From Podarcis liolepis (taxonomy: Eukaryota), in the NCBI GenBank assembly GCA_965112155.1, contig OZ218104.1: a stretch of DNA of 64,000 bases; one strand, given 5' to 3'. The notes beneath the pieces are model-generated. The model saw nothing but the letters and a program-made list of their open reading frames with translations, ran no database searches and was not told where the DNA came from. Of the stretch, positions 23,901 through 36,100 are shown one piece after another (the first letter of the stretch is position 1; each line of letters starts with the position of its first letter). The position numbers and the translations under genes are program-made.

Positions 23901-26900
23901 GGAAAAGTGGTGTTTTTCTGCTGGTATAGAACTGATGCACTGCAGGTTGCCAGAGCTTGATAACATATAGGTATGTACTAGGACTGAGATCAAATGAAAA
24001 TGCAGACTGCAACAAAAACAGCTTCCCCATCTTTGTTTTGACAAACCTCTAACGTGAAGCACCTGTTTCACTCTGCCCATACTTTCTTGCCCTAAGCCTG
24101 GAAGCGATGTCTGAATTATCTGCAAGGGTAGTTTCCTTTCCCAGATAATTTTGTCCCAAATACTTCCAATTTTTGTATGGATATACAATATGAAATCAAG
24201 TGAAGGGAACTGAAGATTTTACTGATGTACTGACTACCTTGCTTCTTCAAGACCCCTCGGGTGAGCTGACAGATCTCCAATACTGATAGTCCTGGGAGAA
24301 CAACAATCATGTTACAGTCATCTTGTAAGAAGTGGCAAAAGTCCTTTATGATATTGAAGAAATCTTTCCCCTGCTTCTCTGTTGGGGTTGCATGCATAGT
24401 GAATCATCTGGTAGAGCTTTTTCAGGTGACAAATGGACCTTTCTTCTCCTTGTTCATCTTACTGACATGCAGTCATCTGTGGTATTTTTGTTGGGCATTT
24501 GGAGGGGTGTGCAAAACCTTATCATTTTTTATTTGGGTATTTCAGTCTCACTGAGAAGTTACATTACACGTTCAGGAAATTTATTTGCAAAAATAACTTC
24601 TCCATGGGTAAGGTTTTCCACATGGCTAATCCTTACGTTTGTTCACACCTAGCATAGTTGTGCATTTTTCTGTATTCTAAGTACTGATGCTTACCACCAT
24701 TTCCCATTAAAATGTCTTATTGTGGCTTAGATGGTTTTCCTTAAAAGAGACAATGAATACAACAACTAACTGCTACTACTGGGCATTAAGAGGTTTTGGC
24801 TGGAACTAATAAGTTGGATCTCAATAGTATGAGAATTCTGAAACAGTTGTAAAACAAACTGCCTTCCAGACATCACTGGATTAAATTATAAAGCATATTT
24901 GTCTCAGTTGTGGACCGCTAAGGTTGGGAACATTTATTTCTCCCCAGCTTATTTATTATTCTTCCTCTGGGGCAAGGTATAGAGTACATGGGTTTGTATA
25001 TTCAGCATAATTTCCTCTTGAAACCACTTGGTGGTGGATGGCCTTGGCTCATGCTCATATTCTGATAGGCCTGCAGGGGCAGGAAAGGAATTCTGTGGCT
25101 GTTGGCAGTCAATGAGAACCCCAACTTGCATGCTCTTGGCAGCTTGGATTTGCATCTTGGTGACAAAATCAAAAGGGCACCCTTGGTTGATCTTACTGGT
25201 GAAACAAAGGGGAGAAGGGATGAGGGGCCCAAGCTCCTTGAACCCCACCCCCAAGCATTTCTCTTCTCCATGCAGTACACAGGTTAGCGCTCATTACCAA
25301 AGGGTGTACAGAGACATGACTCCCTTCTACAAGTATCTGCTGGCTCAGGACCTGCGAGCATTGGTTTATAATGGAGACGTGGACATGGCCTGCAACTTCT
25401 TGGGGGCTGAAAAGTTTGTTGAGTCTTTAAATCAGACTGTAAGTAACTCCTTTGAACTTTGGATATCTTAAGTGCTGTATTGAAAACCTATTGCTCCTTA
25501 ATTTATGTGGGAAGACACAGCTGATCCTGCCTTTTAGGACCCAGGTTTCCAGTACCGACAGATGTGCAGTTGTTGTTAAAGACATAACCAAGCTGTCATT
25601 TAGAAAAGAAGTTAGAATGGATGGGCAGAGATGAAGAGAAAGTTAGCAAAACATGATCTGGAGTAATAAGTCTACTAAGAGCCAGTTTTGGAGCATCTGT
25701 GATAGACTAGTATGTACACTAATATTGGGTCTGCTGTCCGTTTCCATTTTGTGACCTTCTTTTTCATTAATTCCACAGGTGCTAAATGATTACCAGCCCT
25801 GGTATTTCAATGATCAGATTGCAGGATTTTTCAAGGAGTATGAGAAGATCACATTTCTCACCGTAAAGGTCAGTGATTTAATTGGAGCCAGTGGGCATTA
25901 TACTTTTCATTATTTAAAAGATTTATGCCCTGCTTCTCCCCTGTACAACAGTGTTACTCAAAGCAGATTTCAAGTAAAAATCAGCAACACGCTAATAATT
26001 AAAAGACAAAATAACTAGTTTATAAACAGCAGGATAACACAAAAACAGGAAGAGCAACACTAACAGCCAATACTTTAAAGCAGGAGCAGAGCCAAAAGCT
26101 TGTTTAGAAAGCACATTATATGGGCTCAGTTATTTTTTAAGCATGACATGGCTCTCAAGATAGAGGCTTGTGATGGGCCCAGTGACTGCTTTACAGATTT
26201 CATCCCAACACAGCCACAGAAAAAGGTTGACCCCTCTTCCAACAGTAAATAAAGCCAATATATAAAGCATTGGGTTATAAAAGATAGCTACTTCTACTCT
26301 TCCAGCTTTTCCTTCAGGTTCTAGGAGGAGGAAGCACCTTTTATTTCTTTGCCAAAATGGGTCCTAGCAGGCAAAAGTGCTGATCTGGGTAACAATTTTA
26401 CATTGGGAATCTTCTGCCCTTAAAAATGAGGCTTTTTGCTCCCAGGATAAACCTTTAAGGAAAAGCCTGGGGAAAACTGCTGCACTGACTACCAATCAGG
26501 GGCAGAGCAAATAAAATGTTGCCCCCAATACATGGTGTGGAGGGTTGGCACTCATGGCTTGATTGAGTTTACACTACTTCTAGCCTGGGAAATGCTATTG
26601 CTTGCTAGATCACCTCCCCATCAAGCGACAACTATGATTTTAGTACACGGTTAAACAGGACCTGCCACCTGTTCCATGCGCCTTACAGAAGCATCCAGTC
26701 CCTCACCTATGACATATGTGTTTGTGTGTGTGTGCAGTGTCCCATAAAAAATGCTGGACAGTTAGAGCATAAGCAGCCAACAGAAAACACGTTGGGGGCA
26801 ATGGCTTCTCTAGCTGGAGAGACCCATTATTAAAAGGGCTTAGGTGTAATCCTGGGCCCTGTAACAAAGGCCTGGTTCTCATGTAACATTAAGCTATGGT

Positions 26901-27636
26901 TTGTTTAGCGTAACTGTGGTTTGTCTGAACATGTGAAAACATATCAGCAAACTAGCCTGTTTATTTTCTATCAGCAAATGACAATGTGAAGCCATGGCTT
27001 GGTATTGGCTTAAAAACCATGGTTTATTCTAACTACGGTTTAACATTACTTATGAACCTAACAACCCTGCCTAACTATGGTTGTTTTCCCTACCTGTTAC
27101 CCCAGATGCTCCTCAAGCTTGAGAAGGCATGACACAAGAGTAGCTAGAAAACAAAATAAGATCTAAGCAGGTGTGGGGAACCTTTGGCTTGCCAGCTGTT
27201 GCTGAACCACCACTCCCATCAGTCCCAACAAGCATGGCTAATGGTGAGGGGAGTTGTAGTTCAGCAACAAATGGAGGGCCACGGTTTCCCACACCTGCTC
27301 TAAATAAACAATACATGGCTTGTTTGTTAAATAACATTAACCCCAGTTTGTGTGAAAACACAGCCAATATATGATTAATTGCACACACATTATCAAGACA
27401 GCACTGGCGAAAAGTTACTTTCTCTCCTGCCTCTTCTTGCTCTGCTCAATATAAGCTTCCAGTATCCTTCACGAGTTTTGGGAAGGGGAAAATTATTTCA
27501 GATGTGCTTTCTCAGCTCTTTTCTAAAGCATCTTCCCTCTCATATATAGGGTGCTGGTCACATGGTTCCACAGTATAAGCCTGGACAAGCTCAGAAGATG
27601 TTTGAATGCTTCCTCTCCAAAGCCAGCTACATCTGA
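17757..27636 (+). CDS. Cathepsin A-like / lysosomal protective protein-like serine carboxypeptidase (peptidase S10), spliced CDS, 456 aa
   Basis: join(17757-17929,19350-19461,19994-20125,21111-21269,21689-21780,22356-22440,23228-23377,23678-23805,25276-25438,25779-25868,27550-27636) = 1371 nt. No internal stops; all introns GT-AG. Signal-peptide-like N-terminus. Motifs [31 protein letters not shown] (catalytic Ser), [10 protein letters not shown] (Asp), TVKGAGHMVP (His). Confidence 0.95.
19350..19461 (+). CDS. CTSA-like exon 2
   Basis: [37 protein letters not shown]|GTGAGT. Confidence 0.95.
19994..20125 (+). CDS. CTSA-like exon 3
   Basis: [44 protein letters not shown]|GTAGGT. Confidence 0.93.
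21111..21269 (+). CDS. CTSA-like exon 4 (catalytic Ser)
   Basis: [39 protein letters not shown]...INLK|GTAAAC. Confidence 0.95.
21689..21780 (+). CDS. CTSA-like exon 5
   Basis: [30 protein letters not shown]|GTGAGT. Confidence 0.93.
22356..22440 (+). CDS. CTSA-like exon 6
   Basis: [28 protein letters not shown]|GTGAGT. Confidence 0.93.
23228..23377 (+). CDS. CTSA-like exon 7
   Basis: [50 protein letters not shown]|GTGAGT. Confidence 0.9.
23678..23805 (+). CDS. CTSA-like exon 8
   Basis: [42 protein letters not shown]|GTGACT. Confidence 0.92.
25276..25438 (+). CDS. CTSA-like exon 9 (catalytic Asp)
   Basis: [54 protein letters not shown]|GTAAGT. Confidence 0.94.
25779..25868 (+). CDS. CTSA-like exon 10
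   Basis: [30 protein letters not shown]|GTCAGT. Confidence 0.94.
27168..27297. mobile_element. hAT-type palindromic MITE
   Basis: TIRs CAGGTGTGGGGAACC / GGTTTCCCACACCTG; GGGAGTTGTAGTTC core. Confidence 0.8.
27550..27636 (+). CDS. CTSA-like exon 11 (catalytic His, stop)
   Basis: TAG|[28 protein letters not shown]; ATTAAA at 27782 is a possible polyA signal. Confidence 0.94.
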   Translation, partial: GAGHMVPQYKPGQAQKMFECFLSKASYI

Positions 27637-29849
27637 TCTAATGCATTTTAAAATAGTAAATACCATTGAAAAGTTGTGGGGAAATGGTATTCCACATAGT
27701 ACACAATACTTTGTAACATAGTAACATAATTGAAGCTATGTACATACTTATCTTCTTATGATTGAATAGTTGCAAAAACTTATTAAATCATGTAATCTCT
27801 TGGGTGTGTGGTCAGTCTTGGCAGGACAGGGAGAACAGATACTTCTATGGCACTTTTGGGAGGGCATCACACAGAAATGCCCCCCCCCCATGGCAGAGAA
27901 CCTATAACATGACCTGATTCTAGGGCTGCCATACATCATGTTTTTGTATATATATAAAAGCTCAACAACTTTTGGGGTGTCCTAGTTTTTACTTTTTGAA
28001 ATATGGCAACCCTACCTGAATATATTTATTATATTTATATACTGCTTTTAGAAAAATATTGTCTCGCAAAGCAGCTTGCATAAAAAAGTAACAGGCCCTT
28101 CACTTTGACTTACCAACTAAAAGAAAGCAAGAGAAACGGGAGATCAGCCTAACGTTGCGAGAACAGAGCGTAAGTTGTACAAAAGTCTCCACATCCAGCT
28201 GAGGTTATTCTCCTTTCCTCACATAAAAGTGGTGCAAGTATGCAACTGGCTCTTCATCGTCTTGATGGTGACATAGGGCCAAAATGGCTTGCTCTTCGCT
28301 TGCCAAAGAGCAACAGGCAGTTGGAACTGTTTTTTGTTGTTGTGGGAAAGGAGCAAGCTCTCTGAGGCTGCTCCGTCACTGGGTAGGACCAAGCTGGTCA
28401 TCCCATTGCCATGGGGGCAGAGGGAGGGGGCAGGGATTGTCTCAACTCTACCCAGCTTTTCATGCTATGACAGAAAATCCTCCTCCACTCCAACCTGAGG
28501 TCTACAAGGCTCACAAGCTGCCAAAACAGATTTTACAAAGCCCTGCCTACTTGGCTGGAGCCCTTGAACAGCAAAGCCACAAACAGCAAGAGCGTTACAG
28601 GGGAAACTACCAGTGTCCTATTGGTGTTTCGCAACATTGACCTGTTGCAGGACCTTAGCCAGACCTTAGCAGAGCATTCACAGAGTTCCAGAAAGCAATC
28701 AGTTGGAGGCAGGATGGACGAAGCAGGAACAAGACGCTGCTACCAGTAATTTGATTACTTAGAGGCGTTTATTATTTACAGCAGACTCTACAAGTTACTA
28801 TATACAAGAACAGAAACAGATCTTAACTAGCTCTCTCATAACAAACTCCAAACAACTCTCAGAACACCACACTGACCAACAAACTATCCAGTCAGTAAGG
28901 TCATAAGTCATCATGCCTGTGTGAGACCTCAACCAATGGTAGAGCTGTATCCAAGGTCTCATATCTCCAGGCAGAATTAACTCGTCTCTGCTCAGTCATC
29001 CTTGGTTTTCAGCCAACTCTTAATTGACTGTGTGAAGCTGCACAGAATGGCACGGTCAAAAAACCCAGTATGTCCTACTCTGCAGAGCCAAACCATATGC
29101 AATGATGCCTTTTTGCAACTCACTTTGGGGAAGGGGGAGAAAGATCAGGATTGGGGTTTTGGGATTTAAAACAACCTGTTTCCTAGGATTAAGACTCTGG
29201 TCTATGCAAGGATAACCTACCCCAGGTAATTTTTGCTGGGAAAATGGCAGCAGGAGAAGATTAATACCAACATCCATTCTTGTTACATATCAGAAGTTTA
29301 AGAAGAGACTGTTTAAGATCATTGGAAGGCCCCTCCACGAGAGGTTCGGAGTGGCAACACGAGAATGGCCCTTTTCTGCAATGGCTTCCCATTTGTGGAA
29401 TGGTCCTCTTTAACCAGGCCTTTGGCTGACTGATATCCGATGCCCTTTTAAAATGTGCTGTGGAAGGGGATATTATTGTGATGTCTTTGATTTTATTTTT
29501 ATTACATATTTTGTGTTTTGTACTTTGTGGACTGCCGAGATCTATGGGTGGTATACAATTTAAATAAATTGGAAGAGCACTGCTTGATCAGACAATCAAC
29601 CTGATCCAATAACCTATTTTCAGAGTGGCCAATCCAATGCCTGCCAGAAGCCCCAAAGTAGCCACATGAAGGCAACACAGTTGTGCTGTCCACTAACCTA
29701 CTTGGAGGCCTCTCAGCCTTGACTACTGGCAGCACTGTACACAGCTGCCTATCTATTCTCCTTCTCCACGAATCTGCCTAAACAGATTTGTTTAAGCCCT
29801 CAGAGTTGTGGGCCTCGCAACACACTTTAATTAGGCGAGGAGGAAGTAG

Positions 29850-31570
29850 CAGCGAGTTGGTCGGGCCTGAATCTTGCAACATTCAGCTTCACTGGCGGGG
29901 GTTCAACGTTACGAGAGGGGGGGGGACTTCTTTGCCCACTTTCTCCACCGCACCGCCGTGGTTTTAAGCACCTCTTTCACGTCCGCTCTCAGTTGCCCTT
30001 TTTATTTTCCTGAAGGAAAGAGACCCCAATGGCACGGGGGTTCCCCCACCCAGGATGCTGCTTCTCCAACACTTTGGTCCCCCTCAGACCCCCGTCTACT
30101 CCGGCCCCGCGGAGAAGCCCCAGGGAAGCGGACTTCCGAGAGGACCCCCCACAAGCCAGGCGCCGGGAGCGGCTCCGAAGGGAGGCTGCGAAAACCCGCT
30201 TAGCAGCTGCACAACCACCTCAGGCGCACCCCCGCTCTCCGGGAAGCCCGTGCGCATGCGCTTCCTTGCAGGGTGGAGTGCTCATCGACCTCCTAGCTGA
30301 CCCGTTACACTTCCCAAGGAATCGCGCCTCACGCCTGGCTCCTCGGCCACAGCAACCGCGCCCGACTGTTATTGGTCATAGCTGACACGCTCCCTTCGTG
30401 GCGCCACGTTATGATTGGCCGAGCTGAGCTCAATATTGCCTTTAGCCAATCCTTGTCGGCCGATAGTACTGCAGCGCCCCCTAGCCATCCCCTCCGCTTT
30501 GCACCGCCTTCCAACAACCACTTCCGAACACGGATTGGGTAACCTGGCCTTCGTCCCTACGCAGACGCAAAGGGGAAAAAATAATATCGCGCTGCCCCGC
30601 GAGGTAGGGATTGGACGAAAGCAGGGAGGCGGGCTCGAGCGCGGAGCTGGACACAGCCTGCGATTGGGCCAGGGCTTCCTCGCGCGGGCGAGCTAAGCGA
30701 GATCGAGGAGCCCCCGCCCCCTGGCCTTACGTCCGTCGCAGGGGAAGACGGGAAGAGAAGGGCCGCGACGTGAGCGCGCGACTCCCGGCGCCATTTTGTT
30801 TGGGAACCAGCGGAGGAGGTAGCTAGAGAAGCGCGAGCGGCTCAGCCAGGCGCCCGCCCCGGCCCCGAGACCCTCGCCCCCGGCCCGCCCCAGGTGAGAA
30901 CCGCGCCGTTCGCTCCAGGCGGCAAGGCCGGCGCTGGCGGAAGCCACCGGGAGGCCGAGCGGTAGTGGCGGTAGCGGTGGGCGGCCTGCGTCCCGCGTCT
31001 CTCCCGGCGTAGCCGGCGCTGAAGCGCTAAGCAAAGGAGTGGTGAGCTGGGCCTGCCCGTAGCTCGCCTGTCCCTGCACGTGTTGTCCCCTGTGGTGGGG
31101 CGAGGAGGCCTCCCGGAAACCCCCTACCCCTCTCTCCCTCCTTCCCCTCTTGCGCCCCGAAGGCGAGTCCGGCCGCGGAATAAATAAAAGCCGAGGGTCG
31201 CTCGCGGCAACGGCGGGCTCCTGCCTGACCCCAGGAGGCCGTCCCAATTGGGCCGCCGAGAAATGGTGAGGGGCCCCGTCCGCTCCGTTGGCCTGTCCTG
31301 CCCGCCCTCTGAAGCCGGAAGTGACTTGGGCCACTACTTGTGGGAGCGAACGAGGCTGGTCGAGAAGCGTTGTTGCTTGTTCAGAGGCTTTAGTTAATCC
31401 ATGTCGAAGCGCCCGCCAGCCCCAGGTGTGCGCCGCCCTTGGGCTTCCTCAGCCGCTCCCGAATCGTCTTGTAGGATACCCGTCAGAGGCTGCTACAATA
31501 CAGGCGGAAAAAGAGCTTAATTCCCGTTTTTGTTCTTTTTTCCTCCTATCTGATACACGACGGACTTGAA
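29850..31570 (+). promoter_or_regulatory. CNOT1: CNOT1 CpG-island promoter and non-coding exon 1 (ends ~30893)
   Basis: CpG-dense. NRF1-type TGCGCATGCGC at 30251. Six CCAAT/ATTGG boxes (30371, 30414, 30446, 30534, 30610, 30663). YY1-type GCGCCATTTT at ~30788. ETS ACTTCCG/CCGGAAGT sites. Donor CAG|GTGAGA at 30893/30894. Confidence 0.8.
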
Positions 31571-31884
31571 TCTGCTTATAGGTGCTATATCTGTTTCAAA
31601 CGTCCTATAAACATCCTTACTTTACCGGGGATAGGCGGGGAGGTAGTGGGATCTTATTTCTGGCAAAAGTCAGTGGTCTGGTGCCAGTTTGGCCGGGCTT
31701 CTTTTGGCAGGTGAGACAGGCACTGGAATAATGCTTTCTGGTAACTTGAAGAATGATTTATTTGCTTGTCTTCATGTTACAGAACTGAAACCATTATCTT
31801 TTCATGTAAACCGCATGGTTTCACCTATATGGGCTTGGACTTTTCTTGTGCCAAAAAAAAAGTGATCTAAAGTGTTGTTAATAA

Positions 31885-33050
31885 GAAAATAAGCATATGG
31901 GAGAACAAGACTTACTGAGGTAGAGCCTGCATAGCTTCTGCAAAGACAACTCTTGTCTTATGAAGCTATTAAGAGTTCTTTGAGAATGTCAATAAACATA
32001 GTTAGAGGTGATCTGCTTACAGTACTTGCATTTCAAAAAGCTTATGACAAGCTTATGACCAGAGATTACCAAGTAAGCTTAGCAGTTATGGTATAAGAGG
32101 AATTGGTTAATAGGAAGCAAACAGTAGGAATAAATGGAAAGTTCTCTGAATGGAGAGCTGTAGAAAGTGGAGTTTTCCAAGGATTGATACTGTGCCTTTT
32201 AACTTGTTCATAGAGGATCTAGAGATAGGGGTGAGCAATGAGGTGCCCAAAAGATTTTCAAGAGCTTCAAAAAAAATTCTCTAAACTGAGTAAATGGACT
32301 GTAAAATGGCAAATGCAATTCAGTGTGTAGAAAGTGTGAGGAGATTCATGCAAAAAATAATAATGCATCTATGCTCATGGAGTCTGAACTGGCAGTGACT
32401 GACTAGGAATGAGCCATTGGGGTCATAGTAGGTAACTCAATGAGGATGTCTACCCCAGTGTGCAGCAGCTGTGGAAAAGGCATACTAGGGCGGAAAAATT
32501 AAAATAAAACTTTCAGTATCATAGCGCCATTATACAAATATATGGTATGATATGATGGAAGTTTATAAAATTATTCACAGCATGGATAAAGTGGGAAGAG
32601 AAAAGTTTTTCTCTCTGTGTCATAGCACTAGAACTCATGAACATGCAGTGAAGCTTAGTGTTGGAAGATTCAGGATTGGCAAAAGGAAGTACAGTCATAC
32701 CTCATGTTACTTTTAACGTTATGTTTTTTCAGGTTGCGTCCCGCGGCGAACCGGAAGTACCGGAAAGGGTTACTTTCTGGGTTTCGCTGCTCGCGCATGT
32801 GCACAAGTGCCAAATCACACCGTGCACCTGCGCAGATACGGCACTTTCAGGTTGCGGGGCTTTTCAGGTTGCGAATGGGCCTCTGAAACAGATCCCGTTC
32901 ACAACCAGAGGTACCACTGTAATTCTTCACACAGTGCATAGTTAAACTGAAACCTGCTCCTACAGGAGACTAATGGCAACCCATTTGAATGGCTTTCAGT
33001 GGCTACTGGCCATGATAGCTGTGGTTTGGCTCAAGTTAGAGGCAATAATG
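31885..33050 (+). mobile_element. Degenerate CR1 LINE ORF2/3' remnant
   Basis: Decayed RT-like segments (TCTTGTCTTATGAAGCTATTAAGAGTTCTTTGAG; CATTTCAAAAAGCTTATGACAAG; TGGCAAATGCAATTCAGTGT) with many frameshifts. Confidence 0.7.
32692..32919. mobile_element. Tc1/mariner MITE nested in a CR1 remnant
   Basis: TA|CAGTCATACCTC...GAGGTACCACTG|TA; it splits the CR1 3' motif AAAAGGAAGTA...TTCTTCACACAG. Confidence 0.85.
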
Positions 33051-33989
33051 GATCCAACAACTTAGGCCTAATTCTTGTGTAAAGGAGTGGATTTAGCAGA
33101 CCGACGAATTAGGAAGTTGCTGGTTCAAATCTCACTTTACCATGAATTAGCTAGACCATCTTGAGGAACAGCTCTTTCAGCTTTAGGATCCCAATCAAAT
33201 TCAGCAAAAGTATTGGCTTCCTTTGCAGCACAATTGTAGTTATCTCTACCTTGTAATCCTTGGTAGGTGGCAAACTTTAGTGCTAAGGTATGTGATTTTC
33301 GAGCTGTATTCAGGATGTTCCATATTTAACTCATACAGGTTAAAGCATTTAACATCCATCAACATTGTACGTAGTTCCATTTGTTCAACGTACACAACAG
33401 GTACTACTAACCTTTACCCTTGATACTGCGTGTGAGGCATTAAACTAATATGGGTGGGGCAGAAGCTGCTGCATGCTCATTTAGACATTTCGATCAGTTT
33501 ATGTTGGCTACTCATGTTTTGTTTCCCACTTGTGTGCAATTCTCATCTTGCTCTCATTTTTCAAGAAACTATTCCTTTCACCCTTCCTCCCCCTCCCCCT
33601 TTTGAAACATTTAAATTTGTTTTATCTTACACATTCATCATGATTTTTTTATCTTAATATGCTGTTAGTTTTTGAGAATACTAAGCTACTCAATTCTGCC
33701 TTTTAGATAATTAGATTTATATATTTATTTAAGGTGGCTTTGTGCCCCTGTGTGTCACAATGTGGTTTGAGTGGTAGTCCTACCAGTTGGTTAGTATCTG
33801 TGCAGAATGGCTAATGCCTAAGTTGCTGAAAGCAGTTTTGTTGTAATCTAAATTGTAGTGTAGCTAGCCGATTCCTTTGTCTTAAACCTTGCTGCTTAAA
33901 TGCTAAAAGTTCCCTAGCTGAATTTGGGCTAACCTTGATAGACTTTGACTACCCACTATGTATTTCACCAATATTGGCTACCCTCATGA

Positions 33990-34083
33990 AAATAAAATTT
34001 AAAAATCCCTTCCAGTAGCACCTTAGAGACCAACTAAGTTAGTTACTGGTATGAGCTTTCGTGTGCATGCACACTTCTTCAGA
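33990..34083 (-). mobile_element. Short Penelope-like terminal fragment
   Basis: CCTTCCAGTAGCACCTTAGAGACCAACTAAG...GAGCTTTCGTGTGCATGCACACTTCTTCAGA, recognised as a common reptile repeat end. Confidence 0.55.
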
Positions 34084-34788
34084 AAATAGTTTATTTCATG
34101 AAAATAATTTATTTGGCAAGTGGAAAGGTTTCTGTTCAGTTCTCATCTTCCTCGATCTCTCTGCCACCCCTTGATACAGCTGATCACAATTAAGTTGTGA
34201 TTCCCTTTAAGCCCTAGGTCCTTGATTCTGTCCTCAGTTGATTCTCTTCCTAACTGGCTAATCATTATTTATTTAGAAAAGTATGTATATGTTGCTCTCA
34301 GAAAACATTGGGGTTTTATACATCAACATTATAGCAATCCTTTAAAAGCAGTACAGAACAATCATTAAAATGACTGGCTGCTCAAGAAAATGCTAAGCAA
34401 TTGCATAGGCATTAAAAAGTCTTTAAGAAATGCTTGACAGTCAAAAGTAAGGGTGCCTGCCAAATCAGTGCTGCAAAAGTGTTCCACAGCATGGGACACC
34501 AGTGACACCAAATGACTGACTTCTAGTTAAGGCCAGTCGGACTTCTAACACACAAGAGGAATGTCTTCCTCTGCTTTCTCAGTTTGTAGGGATCCCTTAC
34601 GGTTCTGTTTTTGGCCCTCTGCTATTTCTCTTGGTACATTCTTTTTGGGTAACCTCATCACATACTGTGGCTTTGCTACCACTTGTATGCTAATGCTGTA
34701 CAGCTGTACCCCCCAAAAATATTTATTTCCCTCCAATCCCACATCACTTCTCTGATATTTCCACTGGGATGTGTCATGGTTGCCAGTA

Positions 34789-35012
34789 CAGTGGACCCTC
34801 AGGTTACGTTACCTTTGGGTAACTTAACTTTCGGGTTGCGAATGCAGCAAACCCGGAAGTGTATACTTCCAGGTTTCACCGCATGCGCAGAAGTGTTCTG
34901 TCACACCGCACGTGTGCGCAGAAACTTTGTGTGCGCAAAAACTAGATGCAGACTTTTCAGGGTATGTATGGACCCCTGGAATGAATTAAGTTCGTATCTG
35001 GAGGGACCACTG
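34789..35012. mobile_element. Tc1/mariner MITE
   Basis: TA|CAGTGGACCCTC...GAGGGACCACTG|TA; internally related to the 32692 copy. Confidence 0.85.
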
Positions 35013-35962
35013 TACATCCACAGCCGAACGTCTCATCTTTCCTCCCGTCTACCAATCCTCATTTACACTTCCTCTATTGCCCACTTCATCAGTATGAAAT
35101 CTTTGTTTCTCTGACTCTTTTTTTTCTGCTTTTGTCCCATATTCAGTCCATCCACAAATCAATGCCACTTCTCTCCATATGTTACAGAATGATCATCTTT
35201 CTTCAGCAGAATTTCAGGCCTTGCAATCTTTTCCGCATTGGTCTTGGAAGTGGCCTGTAAAAACTGAAAGCAAAACTGGTGAAGATTTCAAGATTGCCTT
35301 GTAAACATGAAGCAATTTTATCATTGCATAAGTTTGGAATCTGTATTGGCAGGACAATAACCTGTTAAGAAATCTACAATCCTAATGATAAGCTTCCCTC
35401 AAGAGAGGCAAATGCCAATGAACAGATCATTTAAAATTATTTTTTAACATTGTATATTTGCTTAAAACAATAATTGGGATTTGGCACTTGGGTACACATC
35501 TTATACATGACACTTCATGCTGTTGAAAGTGTAAATAAACTCCCGTGTTCTCATTAACAAGTGAAGACTATTCATAATTCTATAGATCTGAATAAAATAG
35601 TCTTTTGCTCCGATTGGACTCATTGACTGTATTTGGACAATACACTAAACAGGGATTTTAGTGTTCTTTGGCTTGTGCACTACTTCCCTCTTCCAGTGCA
35701 ACCTAGAGGAGGAAGTCGAAAGCACTTGTTTTTTATTCCACCTTGGAGTGGCTTGTTATGCCCAAACTAGGGCCAAATGTGGTTAGTTTTAACTCTGGTT
35801 GGTTTGTCTGAATAGGGCAACTTCCGACTGTGGCTTATGATGCTGGCTTTGAATAACCACAAGCCTACCTGTAGCCCCAGATTGACTTTCAATACCATTT
35901 TCTCCCATGCCACGCTCACCTATGACTTCAGGTGTGGGGCAGGTACTGCTGTGGCTCTAGAG

Positions 35963-36100
35963 CAGCCTTTCTCAACCTGTGCATCCCCAAATGTTGTTGA
36001 ACTACAACTCCCATCACTCCTAGCTAGCAAGGCCAGAGCTCAGGGATGATGAGAGTTGTAGCCCAACAACATCTGGTTACCCACAGGTTGAGAACTGCTG
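35963..36100. mobile_element. hAT (Charlie-type) palindromic MITE with perfect 8-bp TSD
   Basis: CTCTAGAG|CAGCCTTTCTCAACCTGTG...CACAGGTTGAGAACTGCTG|CTCTAGAG; internal inverted ACTACAACTCCC/GAGTTGTAG. Confidence 0.88.

Noticed and set aside
30396-30418. ER-stress element (CGTGG...ATTGG) in the CNOT1 promoter
   Set aside because: The spacer is 12 nt, not the 9 nt an ERSE requires.
30693-31334. 213-aa minus-strand ORF and other ORFs in the two CpG islands
   Set aside because: Low-complexity Ala/Gly/Pro/Arg ORFs expected from stop-codon scarcity at high GC; no recognisable domain.
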